From Candidatus Korarchaeum cryptofilum OPF8 (GTDB taxonomy: Archaea; Korarchaeota; Korarchaeia; Korarchaeales; Korarchaeaceae), in NCBI RefSeq assembly GCF_000019605.1, contig NC_010482.1:1200001-1232000 (forward strand): 32,000 bases of DNA. The letters run 5' to 3'. Positions 18,214-26,277 of this stretch are shown piece by piece. The first letter of the stretch is position 1; every line of letters starts with the position of its first letter. The position numbers and the translations under genes are program-made. Below the pieces are notes generated by a model. That model was given only the letters and a program-made list of their open reading frames with translations. It was not told the origin of the DNA and ran no database searches.

Positions 18214-19119
18214 ATGCTAGTAGTGGGTCCGGAAGATGAATTCAACATCGAACTCTCAAGGAGACTCAAAACAAGGCTTGTGCCGATTGAGAGAAGGGTA
18301 TTCCCGGATGGAGAGGTATGCCCCAGGGTCCTAGGCGATGTAGATGGGGAGGATGTCTTACTCTCCATGAGGATGAAAGCGGGAAGCTGCCAGCCGAATA
18401 GCTACCTGATCGAGATCCTCTTCACATTAAGGAACCTCAAGGAGCATATGGGCGCTAAATCGATACATTTATTGATGCCCTATTTCCCCTACTCGAGACA
18501 GGATGCTATATTCAGGGAGGGGGAGCCATTATCCTCAAAATATGTGGCCGAGCTCTTGGGGGATTCTGGCGTTGATGAGGTCTTCACGATCACGGCCCAC
18601 CTCCACAGGGTGAGTGATATGAGAGCACTCTTCAACAGAGCTGACTTCCATAACTTAAGCGGATTCGAATCCCTCGCTAAGGAGCTCAAGAGGATCCCCC
18701 TGAGGGAACCTTTCATCCTCGGTCCGGATACTGAGAGCATAAACTGGGCTAGGGAGCTAGCTGAGTACTACGGAACGGAGGAATTCGATTCATTCGGGAA
18801 GGAAAGGGATATCAGCTCGGGGGAGATAAGGACTCTAGTTAAGGAACTCAAGCTAGAGGGGAGGGATGTTATCGTAGTCGATGATATGGTCTCCACCGGG
18901 GGGACTATGGCTAATGCCATCAGATCTGCTAAGATGATGGGTGCCAGGCTCCTCATAGCTGCCTTCGTCCATCCCGTGATGGTACCCGGTTCTCTAGAGA
19001 GGATACTGGGAGCGGGAGCCGATATTATAGTGGCAGCTGATACGCTCGAGTGGTCCGGATCTAGGGCGAGCGTCGTGCCCACGATAGCTTCGGCTTTGAA
19101 GGGAGGGGGCTCAACTTGA
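18214..19119 (+). CDS. prs: ribose-phosphate pyrophosphokinase (PRPP synthetase)
   Basis: FPDGE, YFPYSRQD and the PRPP-binding loop VIVVDDMVSTGGTM. Confidence 0.88.
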   Translation: MLVVGPEDEFNIELSRRLKTRLVPIERRVFPDGEVCPRVLGDVDGEDVLLSMRMKAGSCQPNSYLIEILFTLRNLKEHMGAKSIHLLMPYFPYSRQDAIFREGEPLSSKYVAELLGDSGVDEVFTITAHLHRVSDMRALFNRADFHNLSGFESLAKELKRIPLREPFILGPDTESINWARELAEYYGTEEFDSFGKERDISSGEIRTLVKELKLEGRDVIVVDDMVSTGGTMANAIRSAKMMGARLLIAAFVHPVMVPGSLERILGAGADIIVAADTLEWSGSRASVVPTIASALKGGGST

Positions 19120-19493
19120 AATTGAGGCTAGGAATTCTAATTTCCGGGGTAGTAACAGCTGCAATCTCCATTATTTTGATCTATCTTTCAATAGTTTTCA
19201 GCATGAAAACCCAGTTATCGTATTTGGGTATTTTAGTTGGACTCATCCTAGCAGCATTGGCCTTAGGCGCCCTCTTAAACAAGGGATTCGCCGTTAGAGT
19301 TTTATCGATCTTTTACCTGATCTTAGCGCTTTCAGGAATTTTAATAATGGTGAGCCTGCCGCCCGAGGGCCTTCTGATAACGCTACCCTCCTTAGCTTTG
19401 GGATCTTACCTCTGGAGAAGTATGAAGAAGGTCTCTGAGGGATCCGAAACTGAGAATTTTACGGTTGAAGGAGCATATGCTGGTGAAGATTAA
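19116..19493 (+). CDS. small integral membrane protein (about 4 TM helices), unknown function
   Basis: Hydrophobic segments throughout with an acidic C-terminal tail. The TTG start overlaps the prs stop (TTGA) and has GGGAGGGGG upstream. A shorter ATG start (MKTQL) is possible. Confidence 0.45.
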   Translation: MKLRLGILISGVVTAAISIILIYLSIVFSMKTQLSYLGILVGLILAALALGALLNKGFAVRVLSIFYLILALSGILIMVSLPPEGLLITLPSLALGSYLWRSMKKVSEGSETENFTVEGAYAGED

Positions 19494-19586
19494 GCAGTAA
19501 GCTTACTTAACACTATTAAAGATTATATATCCGCCGATTCAGCTCCTCTTGGAAGGTGATGGTGCATCCCGAGGAGAAAGGTTAGA

Positions 19587-20597
19587 GTGGAGGAACCCCC
19601 TGAGGATGAATTTGAGGAAGAGAATGAAGATTACTATGAGGAGGAGGTCGATGTCTCCGGGGACTATGATCTGACCGAGCTCGAGGGAGTCGGCCCCGCG
19701 ACCGCTAAGAGGTTAGCGGAGGCCGGTTTCACTAGTCTCGAGTCCATAGCGATGTCAACACCATCGGAGCTCGCTGTGTACGCTGGGATAAGTGAGGCTG
19801 TTGCCCAGAAGATAATACAAGCTGCGAGGAGCAAGCTTAACATAGATGTCATGTCGGCTTATGACTTTTATCAGCAGAGGAAGGCTGTCCAAAGGATAAC
19901 AACTGGATCGAAGGCCCTAGATGAATTATTGGGAGGAGGAGTTGAGACCCAATCGATAACTGAAATATATGGTCCCTATGGATCTGGGAAGACACAATTC
20001 TGCCATCAAATGGCTGTTACTGTCCAGTTAGATGAGGAGAAGGGTGGGCTTGGTAGAGGGGCTATGTACATAGATACGGAGGGCACTTTCAGGCCCGAGA
20101 GGATATTACAGATAGCCGAGAGATTCAAGCTCGATCCCGAACATACCCTGAAGAATATACTTTATGCGAGGGCCTTCACAAGTGATCATCAGATGATAGT
20201 GACCGAGAGGGCGGAATCCTATATAAAGGAGAGGGATATCGGCCTCATAATAGTGGATTCCCTCATAAGTCACTTCAGGGGGGAGTACGTCGGCAGGGAG
20301 ACCTTAGCGGAGAGGCAGCAGAAGCTCAATAAATACCTGCACAAGCTTCTCAGACTCGCATTAGGATATAATATGGCCGTTATAGTCACGAATCAAGTTG
20401 TCGCGGATCCCACAGCATTCTTCGGCGATCCAAATAAGCCCGCAGGAGGCCATGTCCTAGGGCATGGGGTGACAGCGAGGCTTTACATAAAGAGAGGAAA
20501 GAAGGATAGGAGGGTGATAAAGCTCGTCAAGAGCCCATACCTCCCAGAAGGTACCGTTGAGGTGGCCATAACTCAGGGTGGTATTGAAGACGTCTAG
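19587..20597 (+). CDS. radA: DNA repair and recombination protein RadA
   Basis: HhH N-domain (LEGVGPATAKRLAEAGF), Walker A GPYGSGKTQ, YIDTEGTFRPERI, Walker B LIIVDS and NQV...GGHVLGH. It is collinear with crenarchaeal RadA. GTG start; there is no in-frame ATG before the HhH domain. Confidence 0.92.
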   Translation: MEEPPEDEFEEENEDYYEEEVDVSGDYDLTELEGVGPATAKRLAEAGFTSLESIAMSTPSELAVYAGISEAVAQKIIQAARSKLNIDVMSAYDFYQQRKAVQRITTGSKALDELLGGGVETQSITEIYGPYGSGKTQFCHQMAVTVQLDEEKGGLGRGAMYIDTEGTFRPERILQIAERFKLDPEHTLKNILYARAFTSDHQMIVTERAESYIKERDIGLIIVDSLISHFRGEYVGRETLAERQQKLNKYLHKLLRLALGYNMAVIVTNQVVADPTAFFGDPNKPAGGHVLGHGVTARLYIKRGKKDRRVIKLVKSPYLPEGTVEVAITQGGIEDV

Positions 20598-21283
20598 ATC
20601 CCTTCATATTCCCTCTTTTTCTCATCATACTCCTCTCTAGTTCCGACGACTCTCGCTGGGACTCCCATGACGACCTTCCGAGGCGGAACATCTCTCGTCA
20701 CGACGGCCCCTGAGGCTACCACAGCCCCCTCCCCTATCCTCACGCCGGATACTAGTACGGAATTCGCACCTATTACGGCATCGTTTTCTATCTTGACCCC
20801 CAGCAGCCTCCTACTCGGCGGATATTTATCGTTCGTGATGACCACGAATGGTGCTAGGAAAACCCTATCGCCTACCTCGCTCATCGGAGGTATGTAGACC
20901 CCGCTCTGAATGCTCACCTCCCTCCCTATCTTGACTCTACCATCCACGATAGAATGCGTCCCTATGAGAGTACGATCCCCTATGATGGAGTCCTCTCTTA
21001 TCAGGACCGAATGCCCTGTCTGAATACCGTTCCCTAAAGTTGCCCTCTCATAGATGACTGAGTGGCTCCTTATGAAACATCCCTCCCCTATCCTAGCCCC
21101 TTCACTCAGGCGATCGTATTCTTCCATGTTCACCTCTTTACCCCTCACCTTGGGCAGCGTCGGATATCCTATCACCGAGTAAAATCCTATCACGGACCCC
21201 TTACCTATCACCGTCTCCCCTAGGACCACGGCTTCCCCTTCGAAGCTGACACCATCGGTAATCGACTTTTTAGATATGTACAT
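20594..21283 (-). CDS. hexapeptide-repeat (left-handed beta-helix) acyl/acetyltransferase
   Basis: Repeated [LIV]-G-x4 hexads (VIGKGSVIGFYSVIG, IGEGCFIRSHSVI, IGANSVLVSGVRIGEGAVVASGAVV). The start is placed at the second ATG (MYISKK) because the TATA at 21310-21318 is too close to the ORF-track ATG at 21301. Confidence 0.75.
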   Translation of the reverse strand: MYISKKSITDGVSFEGEAVVLGETVIGKGSVIGFYSVIGYPTLPKVRGKEVNMEEYDRLSEGARIGEGCFIRSHSVIYERATLGNGIQTGHSVLIREDSIIGDRTLIGTHSIVDGRVKIGREVSIQSGVYIPPMSEVGDRVFLAPFVVITNDKYPPSRRLLGVKIENDAVIGANSVLVSGVRIGEGAVVASGAVVTRDVPPRKVVMGVPARVVGTREEYDEKKREYEGI

Positions 21284-21318
21284 AGGGATCAAGGGGATCA
21301 TGAGGAAGACTATAAAAG
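21267..21318. promoter_or_regulatory. interdigitated divergent promoters (LbH transferase / ThiS-like gene)
   Basis: TTTTAGATAT (21267-21276) lies ~28 nt upstream of ATG 21300 on the plus strand. CTATAAAAG (21310-21318, CTTTTATAG on the minus strand) lies ~31 nt upstream of ATG 21283 on the minus strand. Each TATA sits inside the other gene's first codons. Confidence 0.4.
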
Positions 21319-21521
21319 TTTCGATAGGAGGGGAGGAAAGGACGCTACCGGCGAATACTCAGTTATCGGATCTATATAAGATTCTGGGGTTCAGTAAATG
21401 GGAGATACTCCTCCTGATCAATGGAAAGCCGCGTTCTGATGATAGTTACCTTGAGGACGGTGACTTAGTGACATGGCTCAGGATAACTCTCCATGAGAGT
21501 CCTGTCAGCGAATCGAGGTGA
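21300..21521 (+). CDS. ThiS/MoaD-like beta-grasp small protein lacking a C-terminal Gly-Gly
   Basis: MRKTIKVSIGGEERTLPANTQLSDLYKILGF...ILLLINGKPRSDDSYLEDGDLVTWL follows the ThiS pattern (NG-x-V/P...L-x-DGD-x-V). The tail reads RITLHESPVSESR with no GG. Confidence 0.45.
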   Translation: MRKTIKVSIGGEERTLPANTQLSDLYKILGFSKWEILLLINGKPRSDDSYLEDGDLVTWLRITLHESPVSESR

Positions 21522-21525
21522 TTGG

Positions 21526-21846
21526 ATGTCATCTCTTGAAGAAATGCCCTCTTATGAAAACATTGGGACTGCTGATGCCTCTAAGATACTCTCCATCCCC
21601 TGGAGAGCCCAGAGGGGCGACAGAAGTGCAACATTCCTCAATACCTCAGGGCTCATTTTTGATAATAGATACTCAATTTCAACCCGTATTGAAGTAAATC
21701 AATGCGTAAACCCTGATAAAATTACTATAATTGAGCTCCAAATCTCCTTTGGTAGCCCTTCCCTATCTTTCCTTAAGCTACGAGCTCTCGCCCCGAGTTT
21801 GCCGCTCACCCAGCCAAATGATCCCCAGGAGCCTAAAATTGGGTGA
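21526..21846 (+). CDS. orphan hypothetical protein (106 aa), coding status uncertain
   Basis: An open frame fills the entire gap between the ThiS-like gene and ttuA. GAGGTGAT-N3-ATG Shine-Dalgarno at 21515-21528, and its own TGA sits inside the GGGTGAT SD of ttuA. Against coding: it is S/P/N/Q/T-rich and ATT/GAA-biased, unlike its neighbours. Confidence 0.4.
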   Translation: MSSLEEMPSYENIGTADASKILSIPWRAQRGDRSATFLNTSGLIFDNRYSISTRIEVNQCVNPDKITIIELQISFGSPSLSFLKLRALAPSLPLTQPNDPQEPKIG

Positions 21847-21850
21847 TATC

Positions 21851-22837
21851 ATGAGACTCTGTGATATTTGCGGATCCGAAGAAGCCATCTATACTAACTA
21901 TGTGACTGGTGCTTCTTTATGCGCTAATTGCCTGATGAATTCAATCAGAAGGAGGGCCTGGTCCGTGATGAAGAGGGAACTTCTCCCTGGAGATAAGGTA
22001 ATGGTAGCGCATTCAGGAGGGAAGGATAGCTCATTAGCGCTCCTCTTGACCAAGGAGTTCTCTGATGAGGTGAGAGAGCTCGATTTGAAGGTGATCTCGG
22101 TGACACTGGACGAGGGGACCCTCTATAGGAGATCCTCCATAGAACTAGCGAGGAAGCTAGCTGAGAGGTTGCGAGTCAGGCATCTGACCATCCAGATGAG
22201 GGATATCCTAGGGTTCTCCCTGGAGGATCTGAGGTTGGCAATACCGAAAGGTTGGAAGAGGAATGCTTGTACCTACTGCGGCGTTTTAAGAAGGCAGATA
22301 CTTAATGCTGTAGCGAGGGAGATAGGCGCGACAGTTCTAGTTACTGGTCACAATCTGGACGACCTGATTCAGACTTCCATCATGAACTTAGTCAGGGGAG
22401 ACGCTAATGCATTAGTGAAGACGATGAGGCATGAGAGGAAATATGAGGAGGGACTCGTTCCTAGGGTTAGACCATTGAAATACGTCTATGAGAGGGAGAT
22501 AGCTAGCCTCGTGGTGGCCCTTGGGATCCCGGCTCACCTGGGTAAATGTCCTCTAGCCCAGGGGATGAGAATAGGTATAAGGAGGGAAATAGATTTTATA
22601 GAAGATTCCAATCCGGGATCAAAACTCAGAGCTTTCTTATTCCTTGAGAACCTATCATCGAAGATGAAGGTCGATGTTAGCTTGAGGAGATGTTCCCTGT
22701 GCGGGGAGCCGACTACATCCGATATCTGTAAAGCTTGTCAACTTAGAGGAGAGGCTTTCCGCTTTATGGGGATTGAAGATAAAAATATTAGATTAGACAG
22801 CCTTAAATCTTTAAAGGATTCAGCATTTCAATCCTAG
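21851..22837 (+). CDS. ttuA: tRNA 2-thiolation PP-loop ATPase, TtuA/Ncs6/Ctu1 family
   Basis: N-terminal zinc finger (CDICGS...CANC), PP-loop HSGGKDS, Fe-S ligand candidates CTYCG and GKCPL, GHNLDD, and a C-terminal zinc finger (CSLCGE...CKAC). The ORF-track extension from 21731 has no family-like sequence. Confidence 0.85.
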   Translation: MRLCDICGSEEAIYTNYVTGASLCANCLMNSIRRRAWSVMKRELLPGDKVMVAHSGGKDSSLALLLTKEFSDEVRELDLKVISVTLDEGTLYRRSSIELARKLAERLRVRHLTIQMRDILGFSLEDLRLAIPKGWKRNACTYCGVLRRQILNAVAREIGATVLVTGHNLDDLIQTSIMNLVRGDANALVKTMRHERKYEEGLVPRVRPLKYVYEREIASLVVALGIPAHLGKCPLAQGMRIGIRREIDFIEDSNPGSKLRAFLFLENLSSKMKVDVSLRRCSLCGEPTTSDICKACQLRGEAFRFMGIEDKNIRLDSLKSLKDSAFQS

Positions 22838-24107
22838 GTATGTAGCCCCTGGGCCTCGGGAAGGGCCTCAGCCCGTACTCGAGGGCCCTATCGGAGTAAT
22901 TCAGTATCAGCCTCATCATGCTGGATCCGGTGAACCACCCCAGGCCACCGACCTGAGCATCCAGTTCATGGAAGTTCGATGAGTCATCCCTAGGGAGCCC
23001 TCTTCCGTAGAACAGGACGGGGACAGGATCTCCAGAATGCTTACCTAGGGAGCATGGGGTTGCATGGTCTCCCGTTATAACAACTAGTAGATCCTCCGGT
23101 GGGTCTGTGAGGGGTTCTAAAGCCAGATCTATTCTCTCCAGGACCCTAACTTTCTGCTGGGGATCCTTGTTATGAGAAGCGACATCAGTCCCTTTCATAT
23201 GAACATAAATGAAATCAAATTCCTCCAGAAGGTCTAGGGCTTTCCTTATTTTAGATGAGAAATCCGAGTCCGGGAGGCCAGTCGCACCGGGCGGATGGAA
23301 TACCTCAAATTCCAGAGCCCTAGCGATCCCCTTGTACATGGGACCCGCTGCTACAGCGGCGGGCTTAAACCCCCATCTCGAGGAGAAGGGCTCGAGTTTC
23401 GGAGGAGATGAGGCTCCTCTTAAGAGTATGAAGTTAGCTGGCAACTTTCCCTCAGCTATCCTCTTTCTATTCACCTCATGATCCTTCAGCATCCTGTAAG
23501 AGATGAGGAGAAATTCTCTGACCGCTTCAGCAGTTTTAACTGCCTTATCATCGATGGGCTCCGGTTCCAGGACGTAGTAACCCTCCTCATGGGGATCTAC
23601 GTCAGTGACTAAGCTGGACAATCCCTCTCCCTCCAAAATGAGGAACCCTCTATGCTCCAATGTATGTACAAATTTAGCCTTAACTTCCCCGTTTAGTAAA
23701 TATAGATCCTTTAGCTCGGATGCTAGTAAAGATGCATCTTCCTTCTCCACCCTTCCGGCCCTCCTATCCACGACTATGAGCTTCCCATTCTCCTCCCTCA
23801 CCGTGGAGAAATTGGCCCTGAATATCACTCCATCCCCCACTACTCCTTCGCTAAGAGCTTCGAATACCCCCCTGCCTGGATACTCCTTATCTAGGTCGTA
23901 CCCAAATATGGAGAGGTGACCGGAATCGCTGCCCGGAGGGACTCCGGGGGCTATCGGATACTGCATGCCTAAGAGTCCCTTCGCTGCCATAAGGTCCATA
24001 TTAGGTATCTCGGCTGCCTGAAGGGGGGTCAGCCACTTCAGGGATTGGGATGGCCTATCGCCTAGGCCGTCTATTATGAGTAGGATCACCCTCCTCATAG
24101 GTCGCAT
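22803..24107 (-). CDS. apgM: 2,3-bisphosphoglycerate-independent phosphoglycerate mutase, archaeal type
   Basis: VILLIIDGLGDRP, HMKGTDVASHNKD and VITGDHATPC. The start may be the second ATG (24098, MRRVILL) given the TATA at 24121-24130. Confidence 0.85.
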   Translation of the reverse strand: MRPMRRVILLIIDGLGDRPSQSLKWLTPLQAAEIPNMDLMAAKGLLGMQYPIAPGVPPGSDSGHLSIFGYDLDKEYPGRGVFEALSEGVVGDGVIFRANFSTVREENGKLIVVDRRAGRVEKEDASLLASELKDLYLLNGEVKAKFVHTLEHRGFLILEGEGLSSLVTDVDPHEEGYYVLEPEPIDDKAVKTAEAVREFLLISYRMLKDHEVNRKRIAEGKLPANFILLRGASSPPKLEPFSSRWGFKPAAVAAGPMYKGIARALEFEVFHPPGATGLPDSDFSSKIRKALDLLEEFDFIYVHMKGTDVASHNKDPQQKVRVLERIDLALEPLTDPPEDLLVVITGDHATPCSLGKHSGDPVPVLFYGRGLPRDDSSNFHELDAQVGGLGWFTGSSMMRLILNYSDRALEYGLRPFPRPRGYIPRIEMLNPLKI

Positions 24108-24120
24108 CAGCAGCGATTCG

Positions 24121-24130
24121 ATTTAATAAT
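24121..24130. promoter_or_regulatory. A/T-rich TATA-like element between divergent apgM and PAC2 paralogue 1
   Basis: ATTTAATAAT is centred ~27 nt from ATG 24098 (minus strand) and ~35 nt from ATG 24160 (plus strand). Confidence 0.35.
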
Positions 24131-24159
24131 CAACCCGCGCTTATGAATGGGTCTGACTA

Positions 24160-24927
24160 ATGGGATGGATGAAAATTATAGAATTGTCAAAGCCTTTGGG
24201 CGCTGAGATAGCGATAATCGGATTCCCAGGAGTGGCTAATGTTGGGGAACAAGTGATAACATATTTGGTGAGGGAGAAGAACGCGATACCCATAGCGAGG
24301 ATATACTCGGAGTACCTAGTCTTCCCGAACAACATGGTCGGCATCTCCGTGACAGAGGATGGAAAGTTCCTCCTACCCTCAGTATCGATATTCCAGTTGA
24401 GGGACCCCCCTCTCCTACTGGTGACCAGCGATGTACAGCCTCTAGCTTGGGGCGCCATGGAAATAGCGAATGAGATCATGAGGATCCTCTCGGGCCTGGG
24501 CGTCAGGAGGGTAATAGTGATAACGGGTTTCGTTGAGGAGAGCGCTGCTGGTAAAGTCATTGCCTTTGGGACGGATAATGAACTTTTAGACGCATTTTTG
24601 AAGGCTAACGCCGTAAAAGAAGATCTAATAAAGGTTGTAGTTGGCCTGGCTGGTTCCGTCCTTGGAATGGCTAAGATAAGGGGGATCAAGAGTCTAGTAC
24701 TGAGCGGTGTATCCCCGGACTACTCCCCGGATCCTAGAGCTGCTAAAAGCGTCTTATTATCCCTAGATGCAGTTTTCTCATTGGGTTTGGACTTCGAGTC
24801 GCTCGATAGACAGATAGAGGAAATAGATAAGATAAAGAGCGAGATACTGAAGGAAATCGAGAGGAGATTGAGGGAGGAGCAAGGTTTCCAGGGTGAGGAA
24901 ATTGGCTCAGCGGAGTACGTCGGCTAG
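24160..24927 (+). CDS. PAC2-family protein (proteasome assembly chaperone 2-like, PbaA/PbaB-type), paralogue 1
   Basis: IAIIGFPGVANVGEQVITYL, LLLVTSDVQP, VIVITGF and SPDPRAAKSVLLSL, followed by a C-terminal helical tail. It is collinear with the paralogue at 27663. Confidence 0.65.
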   Translation: MGWMKIIELSKPLGAEIAIIGFPGVANVGEQVITYLVREKNAIPIARIYSEYLVFPNNMVGISVTEDGKFLLPSVSIFQLRDPPLLLVTSDVQPLAWGAMEIANEIMRILSGLGVRRVIVITGFVEESAAGKVIAFGTDNELLDAFLKANAVKEDLIKVVVGLAGSVLGMAKIRGIKSLVLSGVSPDYSPDPRAAKSVLLSLDAVFSLGLDFESLDRQIEEIDKIKSEILKEIERRLREEQGFQGEEIGSAEYVG

Positions 24928-25264
24928 GGCTCCGGCCCCCCTACAGAGGTTGGAGGAGAAGCTCACCAAGGAGAATCTTTGGCTTTACATACTCTCAATA
25001 CTCAAGGAGAGACCAGCTTACCCTTATGAGATCGGAAAACTCATAGAGGAGAGATTCGGTTGGAAGCCCGCTAGAGTGACCGCCTACATGGTCATGAGAT
25101 CGCTGAGAGCCAAGGGTTATGTGAGGATCTCTGTCAGGAGAGGGGAGGACACAGGTAAGATGAGGAATTACTATGAGATAACGGAATCTGGAATCAAGCT
25201 CCTTGAGAAAGGCCTTCAATTCCTCGAGAAGACATTGGAATCTTTGAAGGGAGAGCATAAATGA
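24893..25264 (+). CDS. PadR-family winged-helix transcriptional regulator
   Basis: LWLYILSILKERPAYPYEIGKLIEERFG...TAYMVMRSLRAKGYV...KMRNYYEITESG. The start is ambiguous: GTG 24893 overlaps the upstream gene by 35 nt, and TTG 24950 is the alternative. The stop overlaps the next ATG (ATGA). Confidence 0.75.
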   Translation: MRKLAQRSTSARAPAPLQRLEEKLTKENLWLYILSILKERPAYPYEIGKLIEERFGWKPARVTAYMVMRSLRAKGYVRISVRRGEDTGKMRNYYEITESGIKLLEKGLQFLEKTLESLKGEHK

Positions 25265-26277
25265 GGATCTGGTTTGATGTCATAACGCCAAAGCAAGCTA
25301 GGCTCATGTCATCTATCGCTAAGAGGTTGGGAAGGGAATACGTGATAACAGTCAAGGGATACAGTGAATCTGTGGATATACTCAGGGAACTCAATGTGAA
25401 TTTCATTCAGATAGGAGATTACTCCATTGGCGATCTAAAGAAAAAGCTCATATCTTATGCTGAGAGGGTGAAGCTTCTCTCTGAGTTCGTTCTTGATTAC
25501 AAGCCGGACTTTCTAATATCTTTTTCCTCTCCTGAGGCTGTGAGAGTGGCTTATGGTCTCTCCATCAGATCGATAACGATGAACGATTCCCCTCATTCCT
25601 ACCACGTTGGGAGGCTCACTCTCCCCCTCTCCTGGAAGGTCGTCTACCCAGCAGCGATCCCGGAGGATGATATGATAAGGCTTGGCGCTTCTAGGGAATC
25701 CCTAGTTCCATATAGGGGAGTTGATGAGGTCGCCTGGGTTAAAGATAGATTATACGATTTGAGGAATTCGAAAAGGGAGTTTAAGGTCTTCATCAGGCCT
25801 GAGGAGAGCGGAGCATCCTACATGCTGGGGAAAGAGGGGTTCACTATGAAGCTCGTGGATGAAGTTATAAGAGTGGGGGCAGATGTCATCATAAAGCCGA
25901 GATATGAGAGTCAATCCATAATGATCAGGGAGAAGTATGGTAAAAAAGTTACTATTTTAGACAGTACAGTGGACACTCTTGATCTTTTCGGTAGGATCGT
26001 CTTAGTCGTAACTGGGGGCGGCACCATGGCGAGGGAGGCAGCCCTGCTCGGGACACCTTCCCTCTGCGCCTTCCCCTTGGATGTAAAGCTTCATGTCAAT
26101 GACTTTCTCAGGGATATGGGATTCCCGATATGGAGGGCGAGCTCATTAAAGGAGGCGATCAGTATAATTAGGATGATCCTAAGGGATCCTGACTCTTATG
26201 TAGTGGATACCAGGCCCCTTATGGAGGAATTAGAGGATCCCAGGGTAGTGATCGAAAAAATCTTGAATGATAACTAG
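25261..26277 (+). CDS. DUF354-family protein (predicted GT-B fold glycosyltransferase/epimerase-like)
   Basis: MRIWFDVITPKQARLMSSIAKRL...YKPDFLISFSSPEAVRVAYGLSIRSITMNDSPHS...TGGGTMAREAALLGTPS matches my recollection of the DUF354 pattern. Confidence 0.6.
   Translation: MRIWFDVITPKQARLMSSIAKRLGREYVITVKGYSESVDILRELNVNFIQIGDYSIGDLKKKLISYAERVKLLSEFVLDYKPDFLISFSSPEAVRVAYGLSIRSITMNDSPHSYHVGRLTLPLSWKVVYPAAIPEDDMIRLGASRESLVPYRGVDEVAWVKDRLYDLRNSKREFKVFIRPEESGASYMLGKEGFTMKLVDEVIRVGADVIIKPRYESQSIMIREKYGKKVTILDSTVDTLDLFGRIVLVVTGGGTMAREAALLGTPSLCAFPLDVKLHVNDFLRDMGFPIWRASSLKEAISIIRMILRDPDSYVVDTRPLMEELEDPRVVIEKILNDN

Noticed and set aside
18661-18672. GGATTCGAATCC, which looks like a tRNA T-arm or a palindromic site.
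   Set aside because: It lies inside the prs coding frame (LSGFESLA). No acceptor, D or anticodon arms can be built around it on either strand.
21493-21525. Longer start (ATG 21493) for the orphan ORF, overlapping the ThiS-like gene by 29 nt.
   Set aside because: ATG 21526 has a near-perfect SD at canonical spacing, whereas 21493 has none.
21731-21850. ORF-track N-terminal extension (40 aa from TTG 21731) of the TtuA homologue.
   Set aside because: The family begins with the CxxC zinc finger, which starts at ATG 21851. That ATG has a GGGTGAT-N3 SD. The extension is P/S/L-rich and overlaps the orphan ORF in another frame.
24141-24689. Long antisense ORFs opposite recognised genes: this 182-aa one, plus 26803-27330, 11036-11533, 7296-7733, 6174-6539, 12686-13081, 18768-19082, 23605-23919 and 14458-14676.
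   Set aside because: Each lies wholly inside, and antisense to, a CDS with clear family motifs. The translations are S/T/P/L-rich and low-complexity, with no motifs, no SD and no TATA at the right spacing. This is the typical shadow-ORF pattern of purine-rich (GAG/AGG/AAG) coding strands.
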